Shown: positions 9,666-18,740, counted from the stretch's first letter. The stretch is DNA of 34,571 nucleotides from an uncultured Bacilli bacterium (GCA_947599755.1 CANQFO010000002.1:1-34571); one strand, 5' to 3'. Notes: a model not told the origin generated them from the letters alone. Translations and numbers: made by a program.

Positions 9666-11864
9666 TCACCTTCCTAAATATTTTACTCCTAACATGATAT
9701 ATAATGATGTTAAATACCATATCAAATAATTTTTCTTGGTAAAGGCTGTTTTTAAACTTTTTTCTTCAAAGGTCAATTGATAATTGGAATTGATTTTATA
9801 TCTTTCTATTCTTTTACATGCTAAATAAAAAACTTTTTTCCTAGTGTTTTTTTTCATTGAACGTGTTCTTAACCATAAAATATTTCCTAATTCTTCTAGT
9901 AATATTAGATATACTTCTCCATTATCTTCTATTTTTAATTTGTCTGATTCTTCTAATAATTTTTTGGTTAAAAAATATTGATCTAGACATTTTATATTAC
10001 TTGATTTCCATAGTGTTTTTGAAGCATTTGTTTGGTGCATATTATAGAAATATAAGTTCTTATCTAGGTAGATAAATTTTTTTGATAACCTCATGATGAT
10101 TATTCTTGTTATCATATCTTCATACCAATATCCAATGGGGAATCTTACTTTTTCCCATAATCTTCTATGAATGATTCCACTCCATATAAATCCTTTATAT
10201 TCTATTATTTTTTCTTTCATTGGTCCTTTGATTACTGCATCTTGATGTCGAATCACATTTTGGATTTTTTCTTTGTTATCACTCCAATAATTGACAAAGT
10301 TACATTTTACTATATCGGCATTTTCTGCATAAGCATTATTAAGTAATTCTTCCACATAATCTTTAGAAACGTAATCATCATTATCGATAAATCCTATATA
10401 TTTTCCTTCTGCATTTTTAATTCCTGTATTTCTCGCTCCACTAATTCCTTTATTTTTCTGAGTAATGATAACCATATTTGAATATTTTTTTTGGTATTGT
10501 TTTAAAATTTTAAGAGAGGAATCTGTTGAACCATCATTTATACATATTACTTGATATTGATATTTTGTTTCTTGTTGAAAAACTGAATCTAGACATTTTG
10601 GTAAATATTTTTCTGAGTTATAAACGGGAATGATAATTGATAAGTCAATTCTTTCTTTTTTGATTTCAAATTCTTTAAAATCATATAATTCCTTTGTTTG
10701 GTAGCCTGTTTCTTTTATTAATTCTTCTTCACTAATTTCTACTTTTCTTTTTTTCATACTGAAGTGATTTAAAATATAAATCATTCCTTTAATATTATCT
10801 CTTAATAATTCAATCATTGTTTCTTTTATGGTCCATTTTCCTTTATTTCCGTATAACCATGGAAGATATTTTTTTATTCCTGTGCCAATTCCTATAGAGA
10901 TAATAATGGATAATATACATATCCCTATTGCAAGGAATAGACAAAGATAAATATTTCCTACTAAAAGAATGTTTTTTGTTGATTGGATTATTACTTGGAA
11001 AAATAGTACGATTAATTTATGAAAAATTAATATACTTAAGGTATTTCTTCCTATTATTTCTAATGTTTTATTCTTTTTTATCTGATAACTAATCATCAAA
11101 ATTAGCATAGAAAAAATTATACTTGTTGATATAAAGTAAAAATAATTTCCATATCGATAATCTACACAAGAGATGGTATTATTGATTTGACTTATATATA
11201 TGGCGAATATTACCAATATACTTTCTAGATAAAGATATTTTTTCTTCTTCATTATTTTTTCTATTAGTTTTTTTTCTTTTAATAATTTTCCCAGATCATA
11301 AAAAAGAAGAAATACTAAGGCTGTATTTATGCCCCAAGGAAGAACAATTGTCATTTTTGTTGCGATATAACTGATTAAAAAGAATATGGTTAATTGTAGC
11401 CATGGATTTATTTTTTTTGTGAAATTAGAGAGAATTTTAAATAATACTTCTGTTGTAAATAAAGCGGGCAAAAACCATAGGGAAGTATTTTGTTTTAATG
11501 CTCCTCCATAGCCTACTCCATATAATATTTCCTTCAATAATTTCATTATATGAAAACTACCATTTGAATGAATCATTGTATTTACTTCTCTAAAAAAAAT
11601 ATGATAGGGAATTAAAAAAAGAATACTAAAAATAAAATAAGGAATCATTAATGAGGTAAATTTTTTTGTTATCAATTCTTTGCTACTTTTTTGGGAATTA
11701 TATACATATCCAGAAATAATAAAAAATAGTACAACATGAAAACTATAAATCCATTTAAATAACCAATAGCTATTTTGATTATGAACAATGATATGACCAA
11801 AAACAATGAAAATAATTGCTAATGCACGAGCTATATCAATAAAATTTAGTCTGCTATTTTTCAT
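9666..11864 (-). CDS. Fusion protein: N-terminal AT3 acyltransferase (~10854-11864) + C-terminal GT2 glycosyltransferase (~9666-10649)
   Basis: One uninterrupted ORF. The N-terminus carries 'RLNFIDIARALAIIFIVFGH' plus about 10 TM helices. The C-terminus carries 'LSIIIPVYNSEKYLPKCLDS...ICINDGSTDSS...GISGARNTG...FIDNDDY'. The track start GTG at 11873 lies inside the SD AAGGTG, so ATG at 11862-11864 is preferred. Confidence 0.85.
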   Translation of the reverse strand: MKNSRLNFIDIARALAIIFIVFGHIIVHNQNSYWLFKWIYSFHVVLFFIISGYVYNSQKSSKELITKKFTSLMIPYFIFSILFLIPYHIFFREVNTMIHSNGSFHIMKLLKEILYGVGYGGALKQNTSLWFLPALFTTEVLFKILSNFTKKINPWLQLTIFFLISYIATKMTIVLPWGINTALVFLLFYDLGKLLKEKKLIEKIMKKKKYLYLESILVIFAIYISQINNTISCVDYRYGNYFYFISTSIIFSMLILMISYQIKKNKTLEIIGRNTLSILIFHKLIVLFFQVIIQSTKNILLVGNIYLCLFLAIGICILSIIISIGIGTGIKKYLPWLYGNKGKWTIKETMIELLRDNIKGMIYILNHFSMKKRKVEISEEELIKETGYQTKELYDFKEFEIKKERIDLSIIIPVYNSEKYLPKCLDSVFQQETKYQYQVICINDGSTDSSLKILKQYQKKYSNMVIITQKNKGISGARNTGIKNAEGKYIGFIDNDDYVSKDYVEELLNNAYAENADIVKCNFVNYWSDNKEKIQNVIRHQDAVIKGPMKEKIIEYKGFIWSGIIHRRLWEKVRFPIGYWYEDMITRIIIMRLSKKFIYLDKNLYFYNMHQTNASKTLWKSSNIKCLDQYFLTKKLLEESDKLKIEDNGEVYLILLEELGNILWLRTRSMKKNTRKKVFYLACKRIERYKINSNYQLTFEEKSLKTAFTKKNYLIWYLTSLYIMLGVKYLGR

Positions 11865-12903
11865 CTTCTTCACCTTCTTTTGATTTCATTAATTCAATAT
11901 AAAACATTAATAAAACTGATTGATGTCTGGCTAATGTTCCAAAATCTGATTCAGATGCTACTAACATAATTAAATAAGATAAGATCATACATATATATAT
12001 AATATTATTTTTATTAATGTTTTTCATTGATTGAAATAAAATTGATACATTGAATACTTGATAGATAAAAAATACAATGTATTTTGGTCCAAATCTTACT
12101 AGTTCTATTGGAAAACAAATTCTTACAAAATTTATTAAATAGTTAGGAATAAAATATATTATACTATTTCCAGAGAATACGTTTTGAATAATGGTTGTAA
12201 CATTGTCCATTTCTTCTAAGGCTTCTCTTCTACTGATTAATCGTTCAAAGCCACTACTAGATAAAAATTTACTACTATAAACTCCAATAAAGAAAATTAT
12301 AAATATCCATATTAAATTTTTTATCATTTTGATATTGCTTTTTTCTATTGAATTTTTGGAAAGAATATGATAGGTAATGATCAATAAAAAGGCTTCTATA
12401 ATATAGTAATCGCGAAACAAAAGTGACTCAATGAAGAAGATGATGGCCGAAATGATAATTTTCTTTTTGTTACTGATTTTTCTTTGGAAAACAAAATACA
12501 TTATCAGCAAAAAGATTAATTGAATTAAATCTTTGTTTGCATTAAATACTGTCCAAGACAAAACAAACATACTAAAATAAATATAAATATATTCTTTTCG
12601 GGAGTATTTTTTATATTTTAATAATAAAATAAATATGATTATACTAAAAATTATGGTAAAGAAAATACTCCACTCTAAAACAGTTTGAAATCCTAAAAAC
12701 TTAAATAGTGAGTAAATTTTAACAGGAAAATCATAGGAATTCATTCCAATTAATGTATTGGTATTTATGGCATTTACAATATACCACATAATTCCAAATC
12801 CAGATGAATCACTAAAATTATATTGATATATTTTCCCTATTGCTGCAATGATAAAAATTAGTAATAGGGCAAAAAAAGTATTCCTATTTATTTTTCTTCT
12901 CAT
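11854..12903 (-). CDS. Polytopic membrane protein, candidate repeat-unit polymerase (Wzy/EpsG-like)
   Basis: 349 aa with about 10 hydrophobic helices and no soluble domain. It sits inside a Wzx-containing GT cluster. The assignment rests on context and topology only. Confidence 0.5.
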   Translation of the reverse strand: MRRKINRNTFFALLLIFIIAAIGKIYQYNFSDSSGFGIMWYIVNAINTNTLIGMNSYDFPVKIYSLFKFLGFQTVLEWSIFFTIIFSIIIFILLLKYKKYSRKEYIYIYFSMFVLSWTVFNANKDLIQLIFLLIMYFVFQRKISNKKKIIISAIIFFIESLLFRDYYIIEAFLLIITYHILSKNSIEKSNIKMIKNLIWIFIIFFIGVYSSKFLSSSGFERLISRREALEEMDNVTTIIQNVFSGNSIIYFIPNYLINFVRICFPIELVRFGPKYIVFFIYQVFNVSILFQSMKNINKNNIIYICMILSYLIMLVASESDFGTLARHQSVLLMFYIELMKSKEGEEDEK

Positions 12904-12918
12904 GTTCTCACTACCTTT

Positions 12919-14037
12919 CTATTTTAGATAAAATTCTACTAATTCTTTTGCTGTATCTTCAATAAAATATTTTGATTTTTTTAATGCTTCTTCATTCTTT
13001 TGTCTGGATAAATCTGATTTCATGATTTCTTCTGCCCATTGCTTAGGAGTATGATCTAATGATATGAATTTTAATCCTTTTGTAATTTTTATTTCTTTTG
13101 TGATTACATCTTTTGACATAAAGCAAGGAAGCCCACTCGCTTGTGCTTCTACTCCTACTACTGGAAGTCCTTCATATAATGAGGGCATAATTAATCCATC
13201 CATTGCTTGCATATAGTCATTTACATTTTTTACAAATCCTGCAAAAATGACTTTATCTACTAAATTTAATTTTTTTACTTTTTGTTGAATTTGTTCTTGC
13301 AATGGTCCAGAACCTATTAATAATAATTTTGTATTTTTGTTTCTTTTGTTAATTTCATTAAAAATATCAATTAAATAGGTATGATTTTTTTGATTATCAA
13401 ATCTTCCTACATTTCCAAAAACGATTTCTTTTTGGGTTATATTTAGGTTTGTTCTTATTTTTTCTCTTACCTTTTTGTTTGGCTTAAATTTATCATAATC
13501 TACTGCATTATGAATTATTTTTAACCGAGATTCATTAACTATTTGATTTCCAAATAACCATCTTCCTGCAGAAATTGCACAGGCAAAATAGTCTGTTGCA
13601 TATTTTTTTAATTGGGTTTTTAATCTATTTCCTACAAATCTTTTTATCTTATTTTTTGTTTGAAAATTGATATTATGAGCATGAGCAATTCTTACTTTTA
13701 TGCCATATTTTTTTGCATATTTTAAAATCATATAGTTTTTACTGGATGAATGAAGGTGAATTACTTTATAATCATGATGTTGTTGAAAAAATTTTTTGAT
13801 GTTTTTTTTGTGTTTAATATAATCTGTTGGTTTATTTATCCAAGCATCAATTTTAAAAATATTACATCCTAACTTTTTTATTTCTTCTTCTAATGGATAG
13901 GTATGATTATCATCGAGTAATAAAAAATCAATTTGTACTTTGTTTTTATCCATATGTTTAATGTTTTCTAGACAAAATTGTTGAATTCCACCGTGTCTTA
14001 GTCTATCTACAAAATATAATACTTTAACTTTTTTCAT
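12919..14037 (-). CDS. Glycosyltransferase family 4 (group 1)
   Basis: 372 aa. Motifs 'GNVGRFDNQKNH' and 'PSLYEGLPVVGVEAQASGLPCF'. There is an ATGA overlap with the upstream AT3 gene. Confidence 0.9.
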   Translation of the reverse strand: MKKVKVLYFVDRLRHGGIQQFCLENIKHMDKNKVQIDFLLLDDNHTYPLEEEIKKLGCNIFKIDAWINKPTDYIKHKKNIKKFFQQHHDYKVIHLHSSSKNYMILKYAKKYGIKVRIAHAHNINFQTKNKIKRFVGNRLKTQLKKYATDYFACAISAGRWLFGNQIVNESRLKIIHNAVDYDKFKPNKKVREKIRTNLNITQKEIVFGNVGRFDNQKNHTYLIDIFNEINKRNKNTKLLLIGSGPLQEQIQQKVKKLNLVDKVIFAGFVKNVNDYMQAMDGLIMPSLYEGLPVVGVEAQASGLPCFMSKDVITKEIKITKGLKFISLDHTPKQWAEEIMKSDLSRQKNEEALKKSKYFIEDTAKELVEFYLK

Positions 14038-15002
14038 GATAAAACTCCTTTTATTTTTTTTTCGATTTTATCGATTATATAAGAAATGAATATGGATAAT
14101 ATAATTGATTGTATAGGTATAGTACATGCGTATAATTGATTCTGTAATTCTCCTATTTTTTGGGCAATTTCTATTACTAAATCAATGGCAAAGCAATGAA
14201 TTACATAAATATACATATATAAATTTTTCCCAATATATTCCATGATTTTGTTTATATAAAGGTTTTCATTTTTTATGATAAAAAGAAATAAGAAAAAGGC
14301 AGTTATTATGGTTCCTAAATATATGTCCAATGCTGTTTTTGTTATGCCATATTCTATACAGGTCATCAATTCTCCTATACCTATCATGATTATGCACTGC
14401 TTGTTTGAAAATAATTGTTGTAATTTTTCTCGATTTTCTCTAATCCAATAACCAATTAAAACTGTTGGTAATCCATAAAATAGAAAATTTCTAAAAATCG
14501 TTGCGGAATACCAAGGCATTCCTTTTATTAACGTTCTCATGATTACATGAATTATCAAAGTAAGGAAAGATAAATGATAGAAAATTCTTTTCTTTTTGAT
14601 CTTTACTATGAAATACATACATATATAACTCCATAACAGAGCATACATAAACCATAGTGTGTTATTGAAAAAAGTTCCTGTAAATAGTTTTATAATTAGA
14701 TCTGTTTTCGTCATACTAGGAATTTCTTTTCCATATATCATTACGTCTACTATTCCATATATTATTTCTGTAAAAATTAATAATTTTAGAATGTGAAAGA
14801 TTTTTCTTTTGATTTTTTTCTTATTATTGTGATATAAATAGTACCCGGAAATTAGAAAGAATAATAATACGCAAAATTTTAAAAAGTAACTAATGATTTT
14901 TACTATATTAGGACTATTGTCTGGTATTGAATGCAAATAGACAACACCAATACAAGCAATGCCTTTGAAAAAATTCATACATCTATTTTGTTTCTTTTGC
15001 AT
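14034..15002 (-). CDS. Acyltransferase family 3 (AT3) membrane O-acyltransferase
   Basis: 322 aa, polytopic. The N-terminus reads 'NFFKGIACIGVVYLHS'. SD AGGAGGAG is present. Confidence 0.8.
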   Translation of the reverse strand: MQKKQNRCMNFFKGIACIGVVYLHSIPDNSPNIVKIISYFLKFCVLLFFLISGYYLYHNNKKKIKRKIFHILKLLIFTEIIYGIVDVMIYGKEIPSMTKTDLIIKLFTGTFFNNTLWFMYALLWSYICMYFIVKIKKKRIFYHLSFLTLIIHVIMRTLIKGMPWYSATIFRNFLFYGLPTVLIGYWIRENREKLQQLFSNKQCIIMIGIGELMTCIEYGITKTALDIYLGTIITAFFLFLFIIKNENLYINKIMEYIGKNLYMYIYVIHCFAIDLVIEIAQKIGELQNQLYACTIPIQSIILSIFISYIIDKIEKKIKGVLS

Positions 15003-15012
15003 TTTTCTCCTC

Positions 15013-17319
15013 CTACTTTAATGAATTCTCTAAAAATTTCTTTGAAATCGTTCTATACTCTTCTAATTTTTGGTTTACTTGTTTATAATCTATTTTTTGA
15101 TTTTGGAAAGTTGTTATTTCTTCATTTTCTCTAATGATTCTTTCTTTCAATCCAACTTTTTCTAATAGAGAGTCGATTCTTGAATTGGTAGACATTTTTG
15201 ATTTGGATTGATATCTTCTAAAACTATAAAACATTTTATTATAAATTAGTGAAAATACTGTACCGTGAAATGAATCTGTACAGATCCATTCTGCATGATG
15301 AATTAAATTTAAAAATTCTCTAGGTCCTACATTATAGGGTGTAATATCGGCAAAAATATCACTATATTTTACATATTCATCAGCATGATTTAATGATACA
15401 ATTTGATATCCTGTTTCTTTTTTTAATCTTTCTGCAAATTTTCTATGTTCTTTGTTTTTTCCAAGAAAATAGCATAAAATATATTTTTCTTTGATGATTC
15501 GTTCTTTCTTTTCTAATTTCTGCCATGAACTTTTATCTAATAATAGAGTTGGATCACATACTAAATTGGCGGTTTTTCCGGTTATTTTTTTTATTAGTTT
15601 GACTCCATCTTGTTCTCTTACGGATAAGTGAGAAATTCGATTTAAAAATTTTTTATATTTTTTTTCATATTTTTTCGGGATGGTAGAAATTCCAAAACTG
15701 GTAGCATAAGATACTTTATTGATATTATCTGGTACCCAATTTAATGTATAGTAGTCAGCTACAATATTTACTGGTAGCCATAGTTGATCACTTCCTACTA
15801 GGATACTATGATAATTTTTTGCCTGCTCATTTAACTCTCTATATGTTTTATATGGTTTTGTTAAGTGAAATTTTTTCCTAAATTCTTCATACTTTTTGTC
15901 CCTAATTTGAATATTTTTTCCTAGTTGGTGATTTAATTTTTTATCTATTTTTAATTTTATCATTCCTAGTTTTGATCGAATAAAGGATAAATTGAATAAT
16001 TGGCTAAGATAAAATTTTTGTTTTCCTTTTTTGAAATCTTTATTTAAATCAATGTTTATTGTTTCATTTTCTATTCCTAATTCATCCAATATTTCTTGTG
16101 TAGCATATGCTTGTAACATACTTCCATAGTTATGTTTAAAATAACAAGATACTATCCCTACTTTTTTTCTTGTCTTCATTTTTTGCTCTTCTTTCTTTTC
16201 TATTTTTTCTAGAAGGTCAAAATATTTTTTTTCTAATTTTTTGCTTTCTTTTTGGATATCAAAACCTTTTCTTTTGATTTCTTCTAATGTATTTTTCCTT
16301 TCAAATTGAGAATACTCTTTTAATATTATTGTTGCCCATTCTTCTTTTTTTCTGTTTAACTCTATCATTTTTGTCGTCTCTAACACTTTTGTTTCTTTGG
16401 TCATTGAATTAGATAAAATGCATAAAAGTCCAGATGCTTGTGCTTCTACTCCAACGACTGGTAATCCTTCATATAAGCTAGGTAATAAAAATATATCGAA
16501 AGCTTGATATAGTTCATTTGCATCATTTCTTTGACCAAGGAATTTTACTGCTTTACTTAAGTGTAATTCTTTGACTTTTTCTTTGATCTTTTTTTTCTCT
16601 GGTCCTTGTCCTGCTAATAATAATATTGTATTTTTATTTTGTTTATGAATTTCTTTAAAAATATCGATTAAAAAATCATGATTTTTTTGTTGAACAAATC
16701 TACCAATATGTCCAATGACTATTTGATTGTCTTTTATTTTTAATTCTTTTCTCTTCTTATTTCTTATTTTTTGATTATATTTAAATTTTTTTAAATCAAT
16801 GGCATTGTTTAATAAATATACTTTTCCATCATTATATACTTTATTTCCAAATAACCATCTTCCTGCATATTCTGAGCAACAAAAATAGTCTGTTGCAAAA
16901 CCTTTAGCTAAAGGTTTTAAAACTTGTTTTAACAAGTTTTTCTTCCATTCCTTTTTGTTGGTTGTGGAATGGCTATGTGCTATTCTTATGGGAATTCCTG
17001 CACGTTTAGCAGCATATAATGGAAATATGGATAAAGTGTTGATATGGGAATGGACAATTTTATATTTTCCTTTTTTTAATACTTTTTTTAGTTCTCGATG
17101 ATAGTTTATTATTTTTTGATAAGGTGGAATTAGTATCACTTTTCCACCTAATTTTTCTATTTCTTCATAGGGAATATTTGTTGAATCACTATCACAAATG
17201 AAATCAAATTGAATTTTGTTTCTATCAATATATCGATAGTAATTCATGATTACTGCTTCTACTCCACCGCCTACCCATTTTCCTACAATATGGGCAATTC
17301 TAATTTGCTCTTTGCTCAT
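15013..17319 (-). CDS. Fusion protein: N-terminal GT4 glycosyltransferase (16180-17319) + C-terminal polysaccharide pyruvyltransferase (15013-16179)
   Basis: 768-aa ORF. The N-half is paralogous to 12919-14037 ('GHIGRFVQQKNH', 'PSLYEGLPVVGVEAQASGLLC'). The C-half starts at internal Met381 with 'KKVGIVSCYFKHNYGSMLQAYATQ', 'VGSDQLW', 'VREQDG', 'VCDPTLLL' and 'TDSFHGTVFS', which are PS_pyruv_trans-type motifs. SD AAGGAG lies upstream of the ATG at 17317-17319. Confidence 0.85.
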   Translation of the reverse strand: MSKEQIRIAHIVGKWVGGGVEAVIMNYYRYIDRNKIQFDFICDSDSTNIPYEEIEKLGGKVILIPPYQKIINYHRELKKVLKKGKYKIVHSHINTLSIFPLYAAKRAGIPIRIAHSHSTTNKKEWKKNLLKQVLKPLAKGFATDYFCCSEYAGRWLFGNKVYNDGKVYLLNNAIDLKKFKYNQKIRNKKRKELKIKDNQIVIGHIGRFVQQKNHDFLIDIFKEIHKQNKNTILLLAGQGPEKKKIKEKVKELHLSKAVKFLGQRNDANELYQAFDIFLLPSLYEGLPVVGVEAQASGLLCILSNSMTKETKVLETTKMIELNRKKEEWATIILKEYSQFERKNTLEEIKRKGFDIQKESKKLEKKYFDLLEKIEKKEEQKMKTRKKVGIVSCYFKHNYGSMLQAYATQEILDELGIENETINIDLNKDFKKGKQKFYLSQLFNLSFIRSKLGMIKLKIDKKLNHQLGKNIQIRDKKYEEFRKKFHLTKPYKTYRELNEQAKNYHSILVGSDQLWLPVNIVADYYTLNWVPDNINKVSYATSFGISTIPKKYEKKYKKFLNRISHLSVREQDGVKLIKKITGKTANLVCDPTLLLDKSSWQKLEKKERIIKEKYILCYFLGKNKEHRKFAERLKKETGYQIVSLNHADEYVKYSDIFADITPYNVGPREFLNLIHHAEWICTDSFHGTVFSLIYNKMFYSFRRYQSKSKMSTNSRIDSLLEKVGLKERIIRENEEITTFQNQKIDYKQVNQKLEEYRTISKKFLENSLK

Positions 17320-17403
17320 CTCACACTTACTCCTTACCTTTTTGAGAACCTTCCTTTTTGATCGATTTTTCTAGCTCACCTAATTCCCCTTAATTGCGTG
17401 CTT

Positions 17404-17432
17404 ATTATATCATAAAATTGTTATAAAATCAA
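17404..17432 (-). promoter_or_regulatory. SigmaA-type promoter for the glycan operon
   Basis: Minus strand reads TTGATT (17427-17432), 17 nt, TGaTATAAT (extended -10; TATAAT at 17404-17409). This leaves a ~75-nt leader before the ATG at 17319. Confidence 0.5.
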
Positions 17433-17475
17433 CTGTTTTATCTTCAATTTCCGATTCGGTCTTTTTTTGTCTTAC

Positions 17476-17504
17476 TTGTAAGTTTTCCCATAATATGCTA
17501 TAAT
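17476..17504 (+). promoter_or_regulatory. SigmaA-type promoter for the divergent AT3 gene
   Basis: TTGTAA (17476-17481), 17 nt, TGcTATAAT (TATAAT at 17499-17504), ~40 nt before the ATG at 17545. Confidence 0.5.
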
Positions 17505-17544
17505 ATGGCTGTTCTTGACGGAATTATGGGTATAGTGAGGTGAT

Positions 17545-18630
17545 ATGGTGAAAAACGATATTCAAAGAAAACAATATCATGCGATTGATTTTTTTAAATT
17601 TATCTGTGCAATTTTGGTTGTATCTATTCATGTAGCTCCATTTGGACAACAACAAAGTAAAAATCTATTTTTTTATCTTAATTTTATTATTCAAGGCTAT
17701 TTTGGTATGATTGCTGTTCCTTTTTTCTTTGTTACTTCTGGATTCTTATTATTTAAAAAAATGGATAAAGAAAATTTAAATATTTCTATTGTTAAGAGAT
17801 ATCTTTTTAAATTGCTTAGATTATATCTTATTTGGTCTCTTATTTATTTTCCTTTAAAATTAAATTGGTTTTTTCATCAAAAAATTGGAACTTTTCATTT
17901 TATTCTGACTTATATTAGAGATTTTTTCTTTGTCGGAAGTCATATTCATTTATGGTACTTTAGTTCCCTAATTTTTGCGGTATTTCTTATATCGGTGTTG
18001 TTGTATAAAAAAGTTTCTCTTAAAAAAATATTCGTGATCTCTTTCATTTTTTATTTTATTGGATTATTTGGACAATCCTGGTTTGGACTTCTTGTTCCTT
18101 TAAAAAATAATTTTCCTCAATTTTTTTCTATTCTTAGTTTAATGCAACATTTATTTGTTACTACACGGAATGGGTTATTTGAAGGGTTCTTATTTGTTAC
18201 TATTGGAATGTTGTTTGCCTTTTATCCTATTTCTATTAAACAAAAGCATGCTTTTATGGGATTAATTTTTTCTATGATCCTTTTGGCTTTGGAAATATTT
18301 GTTTTCCATTATTTTCATTTTGTTAGAGAAGGAAATATGTTTTTATTCTTAGTTCCAACTGTTTTTTTCTTATTTTCTTTTGTTTATCATTTGGAATTTC
18401 CTAATCACCCAATATATCAGGCATTGCGTACTCTTAGCTCTATTATTTTTTATCTTCATATGTGGATTTATAGTGTGGTTAGTAAAGTTTTGGAAAGTAT
18501 TCAAATTGGTCTTGATCAAACCTTTTTCAATTTTATCATTACCTTATCGATTACCATTATCTGTTCTATTCTGATAATGAAGTTATCTCATCAACAAAAA
18601 TTTAAGTGGTTGCAAAAGCTCTATACTTAA
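17545..18630 (+). CDS. Acyltransferase family 3 (AT3) membrane O-acyltransferase
   Basis: 361 aa, polytopic. The N-terminus reads 'YHAIDFFKFICAILVVSIHVAPF'. SD GAGGTGA is present. GTG at 17548 is an alternative start. Confidence 0.8.
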   Translation: MVKNDIQRKQYHAIDFFKFICAILVVSIHVAPFGQQQSKNLFFYLNFIIQGYFGMIAVPFFFVTSGFLLFKKMDKENLNISIVKRYLFKLLRLYLIWSLIYFPLKLNWFFHQKIGTFHFILTYIRDFFFVGSHIHLWYFSSLIFAVFLISVLLYKKVSLKKIFVISFIFYFIGLFGQSWFGLLVPLKNNFPQFFSILSLMQHLFVTTRNGLFEGFLFVTIGMLFAFYPISIKQKHAFMGLIFSMILLALEIFVFHYFHFVREGNMFLFLVPTVFFLFSFVYHLEFPNHPIYQALRTLSSIIFYLHMWIYSVVSKVLESIQIGLDQTFFNFIITLSITIICSILIMKLSHQQKFKWLQKLYT

Positions 18631-18740
18631 TTAATTGCATATATTTAATCAATTTTTATTGAAAGAAAAGAACCAAATTGAGTACCTTAAAAAATTATAA
18701 CGTAAGAAAGGTTGTCTAAGTTTTGCACTTCATTAAATTA

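Noticed and set aside
6456-15134. Plus-strand ORFs 6456-6734, 8694-8999, 8851-9048, 9857-10075 and 14931-15134
   Set aside because: They are antisense shadow ORFs within or bridging well-supported minus-strand glycan genes. They show no SD and no motifs.
4367-17319. The possibility that one of the GT genes is the priming (polyprenyl-phosphate) transferase
   Set aside because: All eight GT domains show soluble GT-A (DXD) or GT-B (EX7E) patterns. None has the polytopic WecA-type or the C-terminal WbaP/PglC-type membrane-associated domain.
18380-18574. A 64-aa plus-strand ORF in another frame inside the AT3 gene 17545-18630
   Set aside because: It is an out-of-frame overlap within a supported CDS and has no independent signals.
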